64,000 nucleotides of DNA from Leptolyngbyaceae cyanobacterium (GTDB lineage: Bacteria > Cyanobacteriota > Cyanobacteriia > Phormidesmidales > Phormidesmidaceae): NCBI GenBank assembly GCA_965263355.1, contig CBDHHL010000032.1:384001-448000 (forward strand). The letters run 5' to 3'. A program made the translations under genes and the position numbers. Positions 21,468 through 30,153 of the stretch are shown piece after piece (position 1 is the first letter of the stretch; each line of letters starts with the position of its first letter). The notes below the pieces were generated by a model, which was not told where the DNA came from, ran no database searches, and worked only from the letters and a program-made list of their open reading frames with translations.

Positions 21468-21892
21468 CGCTGCATTTTTTGCCATTCGATCTTAAGACAG
21501 GCATCCATGACCACTTGCCAGCCATAGTCAATGGCTTTCTGGGCAACAGCTACGTCATAGATATCTAGCTGTGTCCACAAACATTTCACCTCGGACATGG
21601 TTTTCAGAGTAAGAATTTCATCCAACAAGTCAGGTAAAAATTCGCTGCGACGAAAGACATTCACCATGTCGATGGGGCCAGGAACGTCGGCTAAACGAGG
21701 GTAGCAGTGTTGACCATCGATTTCTTTAGCTACTGGATGGACTGGGTAGGCGATATAACCCCACTGACGCATATAGCGAGACACTTGATAACTGGGACGA
21801 TCGGGTCTAGGGGAGTGGCCCACAACAGCGATATACTTCGTGTTGGCCAGAACATGCTGGATCACAGTTGGGTCTTGGTAAGACGGGTTCAT
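21464..21892 (-). CDS. CoA-binding protein (YccU-like)
   Basis: IAVVGHS..PDRPSY.V, DMVNVFRRSE, W.QL, MDACLKIE. Confidence 0.88.
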   Translation of the reverse strand: MNPSYQDPTVIQHVLANTKYIAVVGHSPRPDRPSYQVSRYMRQWGYIAYPVHPVAKEIDGQHCYPRLADVPGPIDMVNVFRRSEFLPDLLDEILTLKTMSEVKCLWTQLDIYDVAVAQKAIDYGWQVVMDACLKIEWQKMQR

Positions 21893-21923
21893 GGTAGGGC
21901 ATTTGTAAGGGGTATCGCCAACT

Positions 21924-22364
21924 ATGCAGATTGTTTCGCACTATCTAACGTTTGATACGGCTGAGGCGATTGATATTGTCAACATTACCGCAGCGATTCA
22001 GCACCAGGTAGAGGCTGTTGGGATACGTCAAGGCCATGTAGTGATTTTCTCTTGTCATACGACCACAGCATTAACAGTAAATGAAGATGAATCGCGGTTG
22101 GTGGTGGATATTAAAACCTATCTGCGTAAGCTGGCTCCACTGCAGGATCGGTATTTGCACAATGATCTGCATCTACGGGATGTGCCACCGGATGAGCCGA
22201 TTAATGCGCACTCGCATCTGATGGCGATGACTTTGGGTAATAGTGAAATGGTGCCGATTGTCGATGGGACGCTAGCGTTGGGCACCTATCAGTCTGTGAT
22301 GCTGGTGGATTTGGATGGTCCGAGGCAAGGGCGGAAGGTGTTGATACAGATTTGTGGTGTGTAG
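21924..22364 (+). CDS. yjbQ: YjbQ/UPF0047 secondary thiamine-phosphate synthase family
   Basis: HTTTALTVNE, Y.HND, NAHSHL, LGTYQ, DLDGPR. Confidence 0.88.
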   Translation: MQIVSHYLTFDTAEAIDIVNITAAIQHQVEAVGIRQGHVVIFSCHTTTALTVNEDESRLVVDIKTYLRKLAPLQDRYLHNDLHLRDVPPDEPINAHSHLMAMTLGNSEMVPIVDGTLALGTYQSVMLVDLDGPRQGRKVLIQICGV

Positions 22365-23138
22365 CTAAATCGCATTGGGGTCAATGCCTAGCTCTTTTAG
22401 CTTTTCTGCTAATCGATCTGCTTGAGCTTGAGCTTGGTCCAACTGGGCTTGAGCCTGATCCGCCCTGGCCTGGGCTTGGTCTGCTTTGGCCTGAGCCTGG
22501 TCTGCTTTTATTTCTGCTTGTTGTGCTCGTTCTTCTGGTGTGGGCAATCGACTTCCGTCTTTGGTGTACCAGTAAAGCCATTCGCGCTCTCGCCCCAGGT
22601 AAGTTCCCCGTTCTCGCCCTAAGGCTAGACCAATTTCAGGTAGCCATACGGGAGACCCGTCCAGACGTTGATAGCTGCCATCAATTAATGCGTACACCTC
22701 CAGGGGCTGACGCTTGCGTCGGGATTTTTGATTTGGCAGATAAACAGCGTAGTAGCGAATGCCTAAGTCGGCGTAGATTGCTTTTTTGCGTTCGTATTCG
22801 CCTCCGTAGTTTTTTGAGACGACTTCTAAGGCCAGGATGGGGGCAATGTTGTCTTCTTCCCAGAAAACATAGCTCAGGCGTCCGTCTTCTCCGATAAAGC
22901 GTTCTACCCCCAGGCTGAGAAACCCATCGGGGACGATGGCTGGTTTGGCTGGGTCGTAGTAGATGCCCATATCTACGCCAAAAAACCAGTCGAGGCGATG
23001 GGGCCATACCATGGCTAGTATGGCTTCGAGCAGATTTGGGATTAGGTTCTGTAGCTCGTTATCTACAGGGGTGTCGTCTGAGTCGGGTAGCTCAGCTGAG
23101 GAGGGGAGGCATTGTTTGGGATCGAAGTGTAAAACCAT
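22365..23138 (-). CDS. Uma2 (DUF820) family PD-(D/E)xK endonuclease with C-terminal heptad repeats
   Basis: LPDSDDTPVDNELQ, VPDGFL, LEVVSKNYGGEY; QAQAKAD-type tail repeats. Confidence 0.9.
   Translation of the reverse strand: MVLHFDPKQCLPSSAELPDSDDTPVDNELQNLIPNLLEAILAMVWPHRLDWFFGVDMGIYYDPAKPAIVPDGFLSLGVERFIGEDGRLSYVFWEEDNIAPILALEVVSKNYGGEYERKKAIYADLGIRYYAVYLPNQKSRRKRQPLEVYALIDGSYQRLDGSPVWLPEIGLALGRERGTYLGREREWLYWYTKDGSRLPTPEERAQQAEIKADQAQAKADQAQARADQAQAQLDQAQAQADRLAEKLKELGIDPNAI
22411..22520 (-). repeat. Imperfect 21-bp (7-aa) tandem repeats in the Uma2 tail
   Basis: KADQAQA KADQAQA RADQAQA QLDQAQA QAD. Confidence 0.75.
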
Positions 23139-23161
23139 GGGGATCCTGGGAATGTGCCTGG

Positions 23162-23752
23162 GCTATTGCTATTTTAGCGTTCCGCTATGGGTTGCTTTGT
23201 TTGTAGTTTGTCGGCAAATCTATTAGCTAACATAAATGGCGGTAGTTCAATTGGAATATGAGCGAAAAGTATCTTGATGATTTTAGTTCGTGGACGGCTC
23301 AAACAGCCCAGTTGTTGCGAGAGCGCCGCTGGAATGAAATTGATTTGTCGAAGCTAATTGAAGAGGTGGAGGATTTGGGCAAAAGTGAACGACGTGGTAT
23401 CTCTAGTCAGCTGACACGTCTTTTACTTCAGTTGCTCAAGTGGCAGTACCAACCCCAGCGCCGTTCAGACAGTTGGCTAGATTCTATTACCGATGCGCGA
23501 ATTCAGATCGAGCTGGCGATTGAGGATAGTCCTAGTTTGAGGGATTATCCGGCGGAACAGCTTGATAAGTGTTATCAGCGGGCACGTCGGCAGGCAGCTA
23601 AGCAAACGGGGCTGGAAACGGCTATATTTCCTGAAACATGTACTTATGCTATTGAGTCTGTATTGGCGGAAGATTGGTTACCGGAGAGTTAGTAATCTGT
23701 TCTGAGAATTGGTGATCGGCACATTGTTCTAACGCTATTGCTATTTTTAGCG
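23162..23752. repeat. Direct repeat pair flanking the DUF29 gene
   Basis: GCTATTGCTATTTTAGCG (23162-23179) and GCTATTGCTATTTTTAGCG (23734-23752), both followed by a TTTGTTTGT tract. Confidence 0.7.
23258..23692 (+). CDS. DUF29 family protein
   Basis: Y.DDF..W..QTA.LLR, LIEEVEDLGKSE, LLKWQYQP, DSPSL. Confidence 0.92.
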   Translation: MSEKYLDDFSSWTAQTAQLLRERRWNEIDLSKLIEEVEDLGKSERRGISSQLTRLLLQLLKWQYQPQRRSDSWLDSITDARIQIELAIEDSPSLRDYPAEQLDKCYQRARRQAAKQTGLETAIFPETCTYAIESVLAEDWLPES

Positions 23753-23844
23753 CCCTGTTAGGCTTTTGTTTGTTTGCGCAATGGGCTCTGTTTATATGAC
23801 GAAAGCGCTATGATTGCGACAACTGTGTGATTGATGCTTACTGC

Positions 23845-24432
23845 ATGGCCATGACTACAACGCTGACTAGGTCAATCCGATTTGCTGAGTATCTGCTGCT
23901 ACCCTACGATGGGCAGCGCACAGAGTTGGTGGACGGCAAAATTATCAAGATGACTGAGGCGAGTCCGTTACACATTGACATCATTGATTTTTTGATTGAT
24001 TTGATTAAGGCGCATATTGCTGAGCAGTCTCTTGATTTGGTGGTGCGTACGGGGGTGGGGGTGGAAATTCCCCGCGCAGTGGGACCCAACAATGCTCGTG
24101 ATCCTGATATTGTTGTTTGCCCGCGCCAGCAGTGGAAGGCGATGCGCGATTTTACGAAGGCTATTTTTTTGATGGATAATCCGCCTGCGCTGGCGGTGGA
24201 GGTGGTCAGTCCTGGTAATCAGACTGTGGATACGGTGGATAAGCGTCAGGAGTATGCTCTGGCCAGGGTACCTGAGTATTGGATTGTTAATCCGATTGAT
24301 GGGTATGTGTTGGTGCTGGTGCTTGATGGTGATGATTATCGGGAAGTGGTTGAATATCGGGGAGAGGAGCTGATTGAGTCGATGTTGTTGTCTGGGTTGA
24401 CGGTGATGGTGGATGAGATTTTAGCCCCGTAA
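23845..24432 (+). CDS. Uma2 (DUF820) family endonuclease
   Basis: ELVDG, RDPDIVV, LAVEVVSPG, KRQEYA...VPEYWIV. ATG at 23845 or 23851 preferred over GTG 23827. Confidence 0.9.
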   Translation: MAMTTTLTRSIRFAEYLLLPYDGQRTELVDGKIIKMTEASPLHIDIIDFLIDLIKAHIAEQSLDLVVRTGVGVEIPRAVGPNNARDPDIVVCPRQQWKAMRDFTKAIFLMDNPPALAVEVVSPGNQTVDTVDKRQEYALARVPEYWIVNPIDGYVLVLVLDGDDYREVVEYRGEELIESMLLSGLTVMVDEILAP

Positions 24433-24863
24433 GGTAGAGATGTAGCACAACTAAAAAGTGATGGGTATTCTGACGCGGTGCGTTAGTCATGCCCCCTACT
24501 GGTTGCTGAATCGTTATCAATCTTTGAATTCTAAATCCCATCAGTTAGAACTGCTCTTCATTTAAGAGTAAAATCACCAGTCTTCTCTAGGTAATCCCAT
24601 TGCAGCAACTATAAAGTACTCGAGTTTAACCCAAGGATAAATAGTTTCGCAAGCGCCAGAATAAACCTGAATAATATGGCTATAGCTACCTTTTATTTTT
24701 TTTAGAAAAACATCGTAAATTACATCTTCAGCTGTTGGTAGCTTAGCAGGGGTTACCTCAGCTGCTTTACGAGCTAGACAACATATCGTTGAGGTGACAT
24801 TTACTGAATTTGATTCAAATGGAATGAAGCTTATACATAGGCTTATAGATAGAGGTAGATTCA

Positions 24864-26087
24864 GTGGCAACTGATATATCCGTAAATTTAGCTCGGCTTG
24901 AACTCCGAGAAATTTTGCTGCACGGTTCAGAAACCTGGAATCAATGGAGAAAAGAAAATCCGAATGCCTTTATCGACCTCTTTGGGGTTAACCTCCGTGA
25001 AGCTAATCTTTTTGGGGCTGACCTGCATGAGGCTAACCTCCGTGGAGCTAACCTTCTTGGAGCTAACCTGCATGAGGTTGACCTCCGTGGGGCTAACCTC
25101 CATGAGGTTGACCTCCGTGGGGCTATCCTCCATGGGGCTATCCTCCGTGAGGCTATCCTTAGTAGAGCTAACCTCCGTAGGGCTGACCTGCATCAGGCCG
25201 ATCTCCGTAGGGTTAACCTCTTTGGGTCTATTCTCAGTAGAGCTAACCTCCGTAAGACTACACTCTTTGGGGCTAACCTCCGTAGGGCTACACTCTTTGG
25301 AGCTAGCCTACATGAGGCTGACCTCCGTGGGGCTAACCTGCGTGGGGCTAACCTCCGTGGGACTGCCTTCTATAAGGCTACCCTCCGTGGGGCTGACCTT
25401 CATGGGGCTGACCTTCGCGGGGCTACCCTTCATGGGGCTGACCTCCGTGGGGCTGACCTCCGTGGGGCTGACCTCCGTGGGGCTGACCTCCGTGAAGTTA
25501 AACTCCTTATCGAAGAAACGTTCAAAATCAAGGTTTTTGACGAGGAAATAGAGCCAAGTGACCTCAAAGAATTAAAAACCGCGATCGCTAGCTATACAGA
25601 AGCCGTTGGCTACACAGATCCAGAAATACTCTCAGAAAGATACGGCTCTTTTTTTAGCGATATTCGATATAAGATAGCCAAAACTTTAACTCCTGAAGTA
25701 ATCGAAAAAGCTACACGGGAAGGGGAAGATCTTTATCGACGCGGCACAGCGAATCTCAAAGCACAGCTAGAGAAAACAGGGGTTAAATCGACTCAAAAGC
25801 TTGTAAACGCTACAGCTGAGCTTCTTAAAGCTGTAGAGCCTTTCAACAATGTAGTTTTAACTTTCGGAAAACTGATAATTATTAAGCACACTGCGCCAGA
25901 CGGTAAGACTCAGACAATTGTCAGAACTGTTTCAACGGAGATTCAAAACCAACTAGAGTCTACCCCCCATATACTTGATGCCCCAAACACTTTACTGGCC
26001 TTTCTTCAAGGGGAAACTATGGTTCCGCAAGATACCCCCTTGTCAGTTGTCCCAGAAGAAAGACGGATTGAATCAGAGCTTTCCTAG
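24864..26087 (+). CDS. Pentapeptide-repeat protein with an unrecognised ~190-aa C-terminal domain
   Basis: WNQWRKENP leader, a long A(N/D)LRG repeat run, then a non-repetitive domain. Confidence 0.85.
   Translation: MATDISVNLARLELREILLHGSETWNQWRKENPNAFIDLFGVNLREANLFGADLHEANLRGANLLGANLHEVDLRGANLHEVDLRGAILHGAILREAILSRANLRRADLHQADLRRVNLFGSILSRANLRKTTLFGANLRRATLFGASLHEADLRGANLRGANLRGTAFYKATLRGADLHGADLRGATLHGADLRGADLRGADLRGADLREVKLLIEETFKIKVFDEEIEPSDLKELKTAIASYTEAVGYTDPEILSERYGSFFSDIRYKIAKTLTPEVIEKATREGEDLYRRGTANLKAQLEKTGVKSTQKLVNATAELLKAVEPFNNVVLTFGKLIIIKHTAPDGKTQTIVRTVSTEIQNQLESTPHILDAPNTLLAFLQGETMVPQDTPLSVVPEERRIESELS
24985..25495 (+). repeat. 15-bp tandem repeats encoding the pentapeptides
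   Basis: Near-identical GGGGCT(A/G)ACCTCCGT units, with exact tandem copies at about 25434-25493. Confidence 0.85.
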
Positions 26088-26106
26088 CATTAGGACTACT
26101 AAGTAT

Positions 26107-26472
26107 TCAAGAATTACGAGGGTCATCTTCATCTGAATGAAGCGTCTGACCAGGGGTAAGATACATAAACTTAGAACCTTTAGGTGCGCCCGGTTTATGC
26201 CAGATGCCCTTAGGTACTACAAAAGTGGAACCCGCCTCAGCAATAACGTGTTGAGGCAAGTCTCCATCTAGCAACGTTATTTCCAATTCTCCTTCAAGAA
26301 TATAAAACCATTCATCCGTGTCTGGGTGCATTTCCCACACAGGGGAAACACCTGTGATGCTACACGCGCCCACATGATTGTTGTTAAATACTACGACATT
26401 GAGGAAGGAACCCTCGGGATGGGCAGCCAGTTCGGAATAGACATTTTTGACTTCCATGGAATGTTGCCTCAA
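26107..26472 (-). CDS. Cupin domain protein
   Basis: WEMHPDTDEWFYILEG and VVPKGIWHKP cupin motifs. Start uncertain (probably the internal ATG of MEVKN). Confidence 0.85.
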   Translation of the reverse strand: MRQHSMEVKNVYSELAAHPEGSFLNVVVFNNNHVGACSITGVSPVWEMHPDTDEWFYILEGELEITLLDGDLPQHVIAEAGSTFVVPKGIWHKPGAPKGSKFMYLTPGQTLHSDEDDPRNS

Positions 26473-26522
26473 AAGTGTAACGAATTAAACTAGATCATAT
26501 GCACTAAATTTAGTTTAGCCAT

Positions 26523-26546
26523 AAGGGTAATGCATGCATTACCCTT
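26523..26546. repeat. 24-bp perfect palindrome with TGCATGCA core
   Basis: AAGGGTAATGCA|TGCATTACCCTT. Confidence 0.75.
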
Positions 26547-26741
26547 GCGAAATCTTAACGTTACTGCAGCGGTATCCTAAGCAACCTAATCAGGGTGTTT
26601 AGGACAGAACTATTTTTCCAGCAACATAATTATGAGAATCAATATTAAAAAATGTATATGAAATAAATGAAGATGTTAACGTCCTAATTAACGCTTCAGG
26701 TTTCTGGATACATCTGTTAAATATTTCTGGTTCCCTTAAAT

Positions 26742-26939
26742 ATGAGTATTACTTTTGGTACGCCGGTTAAGCTTCCCGATGGACGTAATGGTGTAGTAAT
26801 TCCTTCGGCCTATCGTTTATGTGGACGTGTTCGCGTAAAAATCCAAGGAGGACGCAAAGTTTGGCTCCCTGAGGAGGTCTGTGTCCCAACCTACGAGTTT
26901 GAGGAAAGCGCTACGGCGATATATCAGGGACCTGCTTGA
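26742..26939 (+). CDS. Small hypothetical protein (possible SH3/KOW-like beta fold)
   Basis: 65-aa ATG ORF after an AT-rich upstream region and followed by a strong hairpin. Confidence 0.55.
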   Translation: MSITFGTPVKLPDGRNGVVIPSAYRLCGRVRVKIQGGRKVWLPEEVCVPTYEFEESATAIYQGPA

Positions 26940-26962
26940 TAAAATTTATGAGCTTGGCGTCA

Positions 26963-27008
26963 AGAAATCGCCCGTTTGCTACCTCAGCCAGGCAAACGGG
27001 CGATTTCT
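26963..27008 (+). terminator. 17-bp perfect inverted repeat, probable terminator
   Basis: AGAAATCGCCCGTTTGC-N12-GCAAACGGGCGATTTCT just after the 26939 stop. Confidence 0.7.
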
Positions 27009-27062
27009 ATAACTAAATGGAATCCACTCCAAACAGCTGCGAATGGAAAAGTCTGACTACTT

Positions 27063-27154
27063 GAATGGCACTGACGTAAGCATAAATCAGTGGCTGAAAT
27101 CCTTGGAAACTCGTGCTCTGTCATGTCAATCTTGACCTTATGTCAGTGCCATTC
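27063..27154. mobile_element. 92-bp MITE with 18-bp terminal inverted repeats and ~12-bp target-site duplication (IS4-like ends)
   Basis: Left end GAATGGCACTGACGTAAG, right end CTTATGTCAGTGCCATTC (17/18). Flanks GTCTGACTACTT (27051-27062) and GCCTGACTACTT (27155-27166). Confidence 0.8.
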
Positions 27155-27368
27155 GCCTGACTACTTCATTAATTTATGTAACTTAATTGTTAATTAAATA
27201 TTAAATGCAATCTAAAATCTAAATTAATTATTAAATTCTTGTTTCTGTCTATGTCTCCATTGGCGTTGTCCGTTTTTTACTTATCTAGCAACGCCGTTTC
27301 TTAGCTAGTTCGTTATGTGGGTTTTCAAAATCCGCTTGTTTATAATTGCCGTTTGAGTAGAGGGTTCT

Positions 27369-27965
27369 TTGGCGATGTTGAATGACACCGTAGCTTCCTT
27401 TCAATCACCATTTCAGCTCAACTACTCAGAGCGTCTTGATAAGGGGCGAGTGTCCATATTTATTGATGCGGCCCATATGTTTTATTCGGCATCTGCATTA
27501 GGTATTGAGGTTGATTACGGCCAACTTCTCTCGCAGCTAGCTCAAGGTGGTCATTTGCTGCGGGCTTACTTCTATTCGGGTGTAGATCCTAAGAACACGA
27601 AGCAACGTAGCTTTTTGCTGTGGATGAAGCGCAATGGCTATCGAGTGATTACAAAGGAAATTTCAGATAAAGACGGGGCATCTTCTCAGCGTGGGATTGA
27701 TTTCTGTGTTGAGATTACGACAGATATGATTGAGCAGGCAGCGTTCTCTGACACGGTTGTTCTGGTAACTGGTGATGGACGGTTTACGCGTTTACTCAAT
27801 CACTTTTCTCACTTGAGTGCACGGACCGAATTGGTGAGCCTCCATTCGATGACCAGTGAGCAGCTGCTAGATGAAGCCGACAGCATTACCGACTTAGCGA
27901 TGCTGAAGGATGCGATCGCAAAACGTCCGCGAAATTATCGGCGGACCAAATTTGAAGTGGTCTAA
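27369..27965 (+). CDS. NYN-domain (LabA/DUF88) protein, acidic motifs degenerate
   Basis: RVSIFID, LLRAYFYSG, FLLWMKRNGYRVITK, VLVTGDG, L...AD. Confidence 0.85.
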   Translation: MAMLNDTVASFQSPFQLNYSERLDKGRVSIFIDAAHMFYSASALGIEVDYGQLLSQLAQGGHLLRAYFYSGVDPKNTKQRSFLLWMKRNGYRVITKEISDKDGASSQRGIDFCVEITTDMIEQAAFSDTVVLVTGDGRFTRLLNHFSHLSARTELVSLHSMTSEQLLDEADSITDLAMLKDAIAKRPRNYRRTKFEVV

Positions 27966-28104
27966 AGTAGGTGAGTCTTTAACATTTAGGCTACAGATAT
28001 CTAGCATTTCGAGAGTTTTGCTCTCCTACTTGGCAATGAGAGTTATCCATTGTTCCAGAAAACTCTCATTGTCCTTTTTTCTAGCAATTTAAACCGTTAT
28101 AACT

Positions 28105-28347
28105 ATGACTTTAATTGATAGTGAAAATCTTAGATTTCTCTGGGGTCTAGTAGAAAATTACAGCCACTTGCTAACAGAAATGAGTGATGATGCTGCCTGT
28201 TTTTGGTTGTTAAAACGAATTAGAGATAATATTCATCTCAACCATGCTGAAATGGATGAGATCAAGACCTACATGAGTAGCCGAATCCATCTGATTCGTG
28301 ACATTGCAAATTCAGAGAGTGCTCGAAACTATGTCACCCAAATCTAA
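28105..28347 (+). CDS. Small conserved cyanobacterial hypothetical protein
   Basis: LR.LW.LVE...DDA...WL...Y..SR..LIRDIA pattern of a small cyanobacterial family. Confidence 0.7.
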   Translation: MTLIDSENLRFLWGLVENYSHLLTEMSDDAACFWLLKRIRDNIHLNHAEMDEIKTYMSSRIHLIRDIANSESARNYVTQI

Positions 28348-28831
28348 CACTCAAAAGCTGAGCAGAGAGGATGTGTAGAGTTTCCATACAATAAAGCCGT
28401 ACAGACCAATTGGCGCAAGAACAAGACCAGCTAAAAAGAACATAGCAACTTTAGTCGGTATTTGTTCTTGCAAAACGAATGCTTTAGATCTATGACGCAT
28501 ACTAGAGTTGAATTCTTCAGATAGCTAAAACACATATTTCCTAAAGAAAGAAATATGTTAAAACAACGCCATTAAATAATGAAGATCAGATTCGAAGAGG
28601 CCCAAGTTCGAATCGATACCTTAACGGTTCTCTACAGTCACCCTTTAAGAACAGATGGCTTAACTATAAGATTTCTACATATCCACATGTGTAGTTATAC
28701 CCACCTATTTGCCAAATGTTAAGTAAGCTACGGATTTACTTAGCATTCTGTAATAATCGTGACGACAATAAAATATATTGATCTGTGAGCAATGTATTAA
28801 GCTTTGTGCTTTTTCTCTATCCCTCTTCAGT

Positions 28832-29665
28832 ATGAGACAGTCTGCTCTTCAGCATAGTCCCGGTCGTCTTTGGCAAGATCACGAGTTTTACCCCGTTCAC
28901 CTGCTTGGCTCAATTCAGTCCCATGGCCTTTTGCTGGTATTGGAGGGAGCTAATTTAACAGTTGTGCAGGCCAGTCAAATTCTGGCAACAGTTTCCCATG
29001 AATATCGTTCGCCATTAGCCGCGATCCTCGGCGCAGCCTCCACGCTAGACCGCCACGGCAACAGTTTAGAGGCATCAAGGCAAGCTCGCTTTCTCCGGAT
29101 GATTCAGGACAAAGCCAGACATATGGCTCGGCTTGTCGACAATATGATTGTTATGCACCAGTGCGAAATCGACCAGACCAAATTTGTCCCATTGCCAATG
29201 AACCTGCTGCAATTTTTGGCAAACCTGGTGGAAGAGCATCGAGAAACAGTGAGTGAGGCCCATGAGCTAATCTTTCAAATGAGTGGTAAAACTGATGGCT
29301 TCTGGGGCGACCAAGGGATACTACACCTAATTTTCGATAATCTATTCTCGAATGCCATCAAGTTCTCCCCTGAGGGAGGACGGGTTGATATTCAACTGCA
29401 GGGGACGCAGACAGATGTCACCATCTCTATCAAAGATACTGGCATTGGTATTCCCGCTGCCGATCAACCCCACCTTTTTGAGTCCTTCAGTCGCGCGAGT
29501 AATGTGGAGAATATCAAAGGCATTGGTCTGGGGCTGTCAATTGCCAAAGCCTGTATAGAACTTCATGAAGGGGAGTTACGGCTAAAGAGTCAGGTAGGCG
29601 AAGGGACAACTATAATTGTGTACCTCCCCAAGCAGCCCAAAGCTGTGCAGAATGTTTATAAGTAG
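28832..29665 (+). CDS. Histidine kinase (HisKA + HATPase) fused to a phytochrome PAS_2 stub; internally deleted
   Basis: PVHLLGSIQSHGLLLVL..LTVVQAS joins directly to VSHEYRSPL; NAIKFS, DTGIG, GIGLGL boxes. ATG at 28832 preferred. Confidence 0.8.
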   Translation: MRQSALQHSPGRLWQDHEFYPVHLLGSIQSHGLLLVLEGANLTVVQASQILATVSHEYRSPLAAILGAASTLDRHGNSLEASRQARFLRMIQDKARHMARLVDNMIVMHQCEIDQTKFVPLPMNLLQFLANLVEEHRETVSEAHELIFQMSGKTDGFWGDQGILHLIFDNLFSNAIKFSPEGGRVDIQLQGTQTDVTISIKDTGIGIPAADQPHLFESFSRASNVENIKGIGLGLSIAKACIELHEGELRLKSQVGEGTTIIVYLPKQPKAVQNVYK

Positions 29666-29690
29666 GAGCATTGCTTGCAATGCCCCTACT
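29661..29690. repeat. GTAG-REP-like palindrome overlapping the kinase stop codon
   Basis: AGTAGGAGCATTGC-TT-GCAATGCCCCTACT (13/14 arm match), related to 14311-14346. Confidence 0.75.
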
Positions 29691-29705
29691 GGACCTATTC
29701 AATGC

Positions 29706-30092
29706 TTACTGAGGCAAGTCTTTCAAGAGTCCTTGGAGCTGCATATGGCTCAGTAACCAGCTAGTCATCGTAGCCCGTCGGGTCAGACGTGGCACTAGCT
29801 GGTCGATACTGTAGCCCTTAAACCCCAGATAGGTTTTAAGCAGTTGCTTATTAGATTTAGGAATTGAGCGGGTCAACTGCACTGTGGCAGGACGACTTTC
29901 AATAAAGTTAGGTGGTTCGGGAAACTTTTCCCGTAGCGGCTCGAGGACAGCGCTGGCATCCCACTGTGCGGTGGCTGGATCGTATCGGTAGCCCAGATAG
30001 TGCCAAACTAAGCGATTGACTACATCGTCTTCTAACTCTTCATTAAGGATTGCCCAGAGGGTAGCTTCGGTTAGGGGAGGCAAGTCAGTCAT
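29706..30092 (-). CDS. DUF1823 family protein
   Basis: LW.IL...D..VN.LVW.YLGYR, SRPATV.LTRSIPK..KQLLK..LGFKGY. Confidence 0.85.
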   Translation of the reverse strand: MTDLPPLTEATLWAILNEELEDDVVNRLVWHYLGYRYDPATAQWDASAVLEPLREKFPEPPNFIESRPATVQLTRSIPKSNKQLLKTYLGFKGYSIDQLVPRLTRRATMTSWLLSHMQLQGLLKDLPQ

Positions 30093-30153
30093 GACAAATG
30101 GCGATGCAACAGAGCATTAGGATAGCAAGTGACTGCCCGGTAAAATTGGCTGG

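Noticed and set aside
22352..22897. 181-aa + strand ORF
   Set aside because: Antisense shadow of the Uma2 gene and its repeats.
24574..24870. 98-aa minus-strand ORF
   Set aside because: No recognisable motif, weak start and overlap with the pentapeptide gene start. It might be a gene fragment, but I cannot support it.
24985..25495. Regular repeats that could suggest a CRISPR array
   Set aside because: Contiguous 15-bp coding repeats without spacers.
24898..25551. Alternative-frame ORFs (217 aa +, 88 aa -) over the pentapeptide region
   Set aside because: Stop-free shadows of the tandem repeat.
22365..29665. Calling the accessory patch a prophage, integron or defined defence island
   Set aside because: No integrase, attC-like sites, phage genes or recognisable defence operon; HIP1 sites still occur within it.
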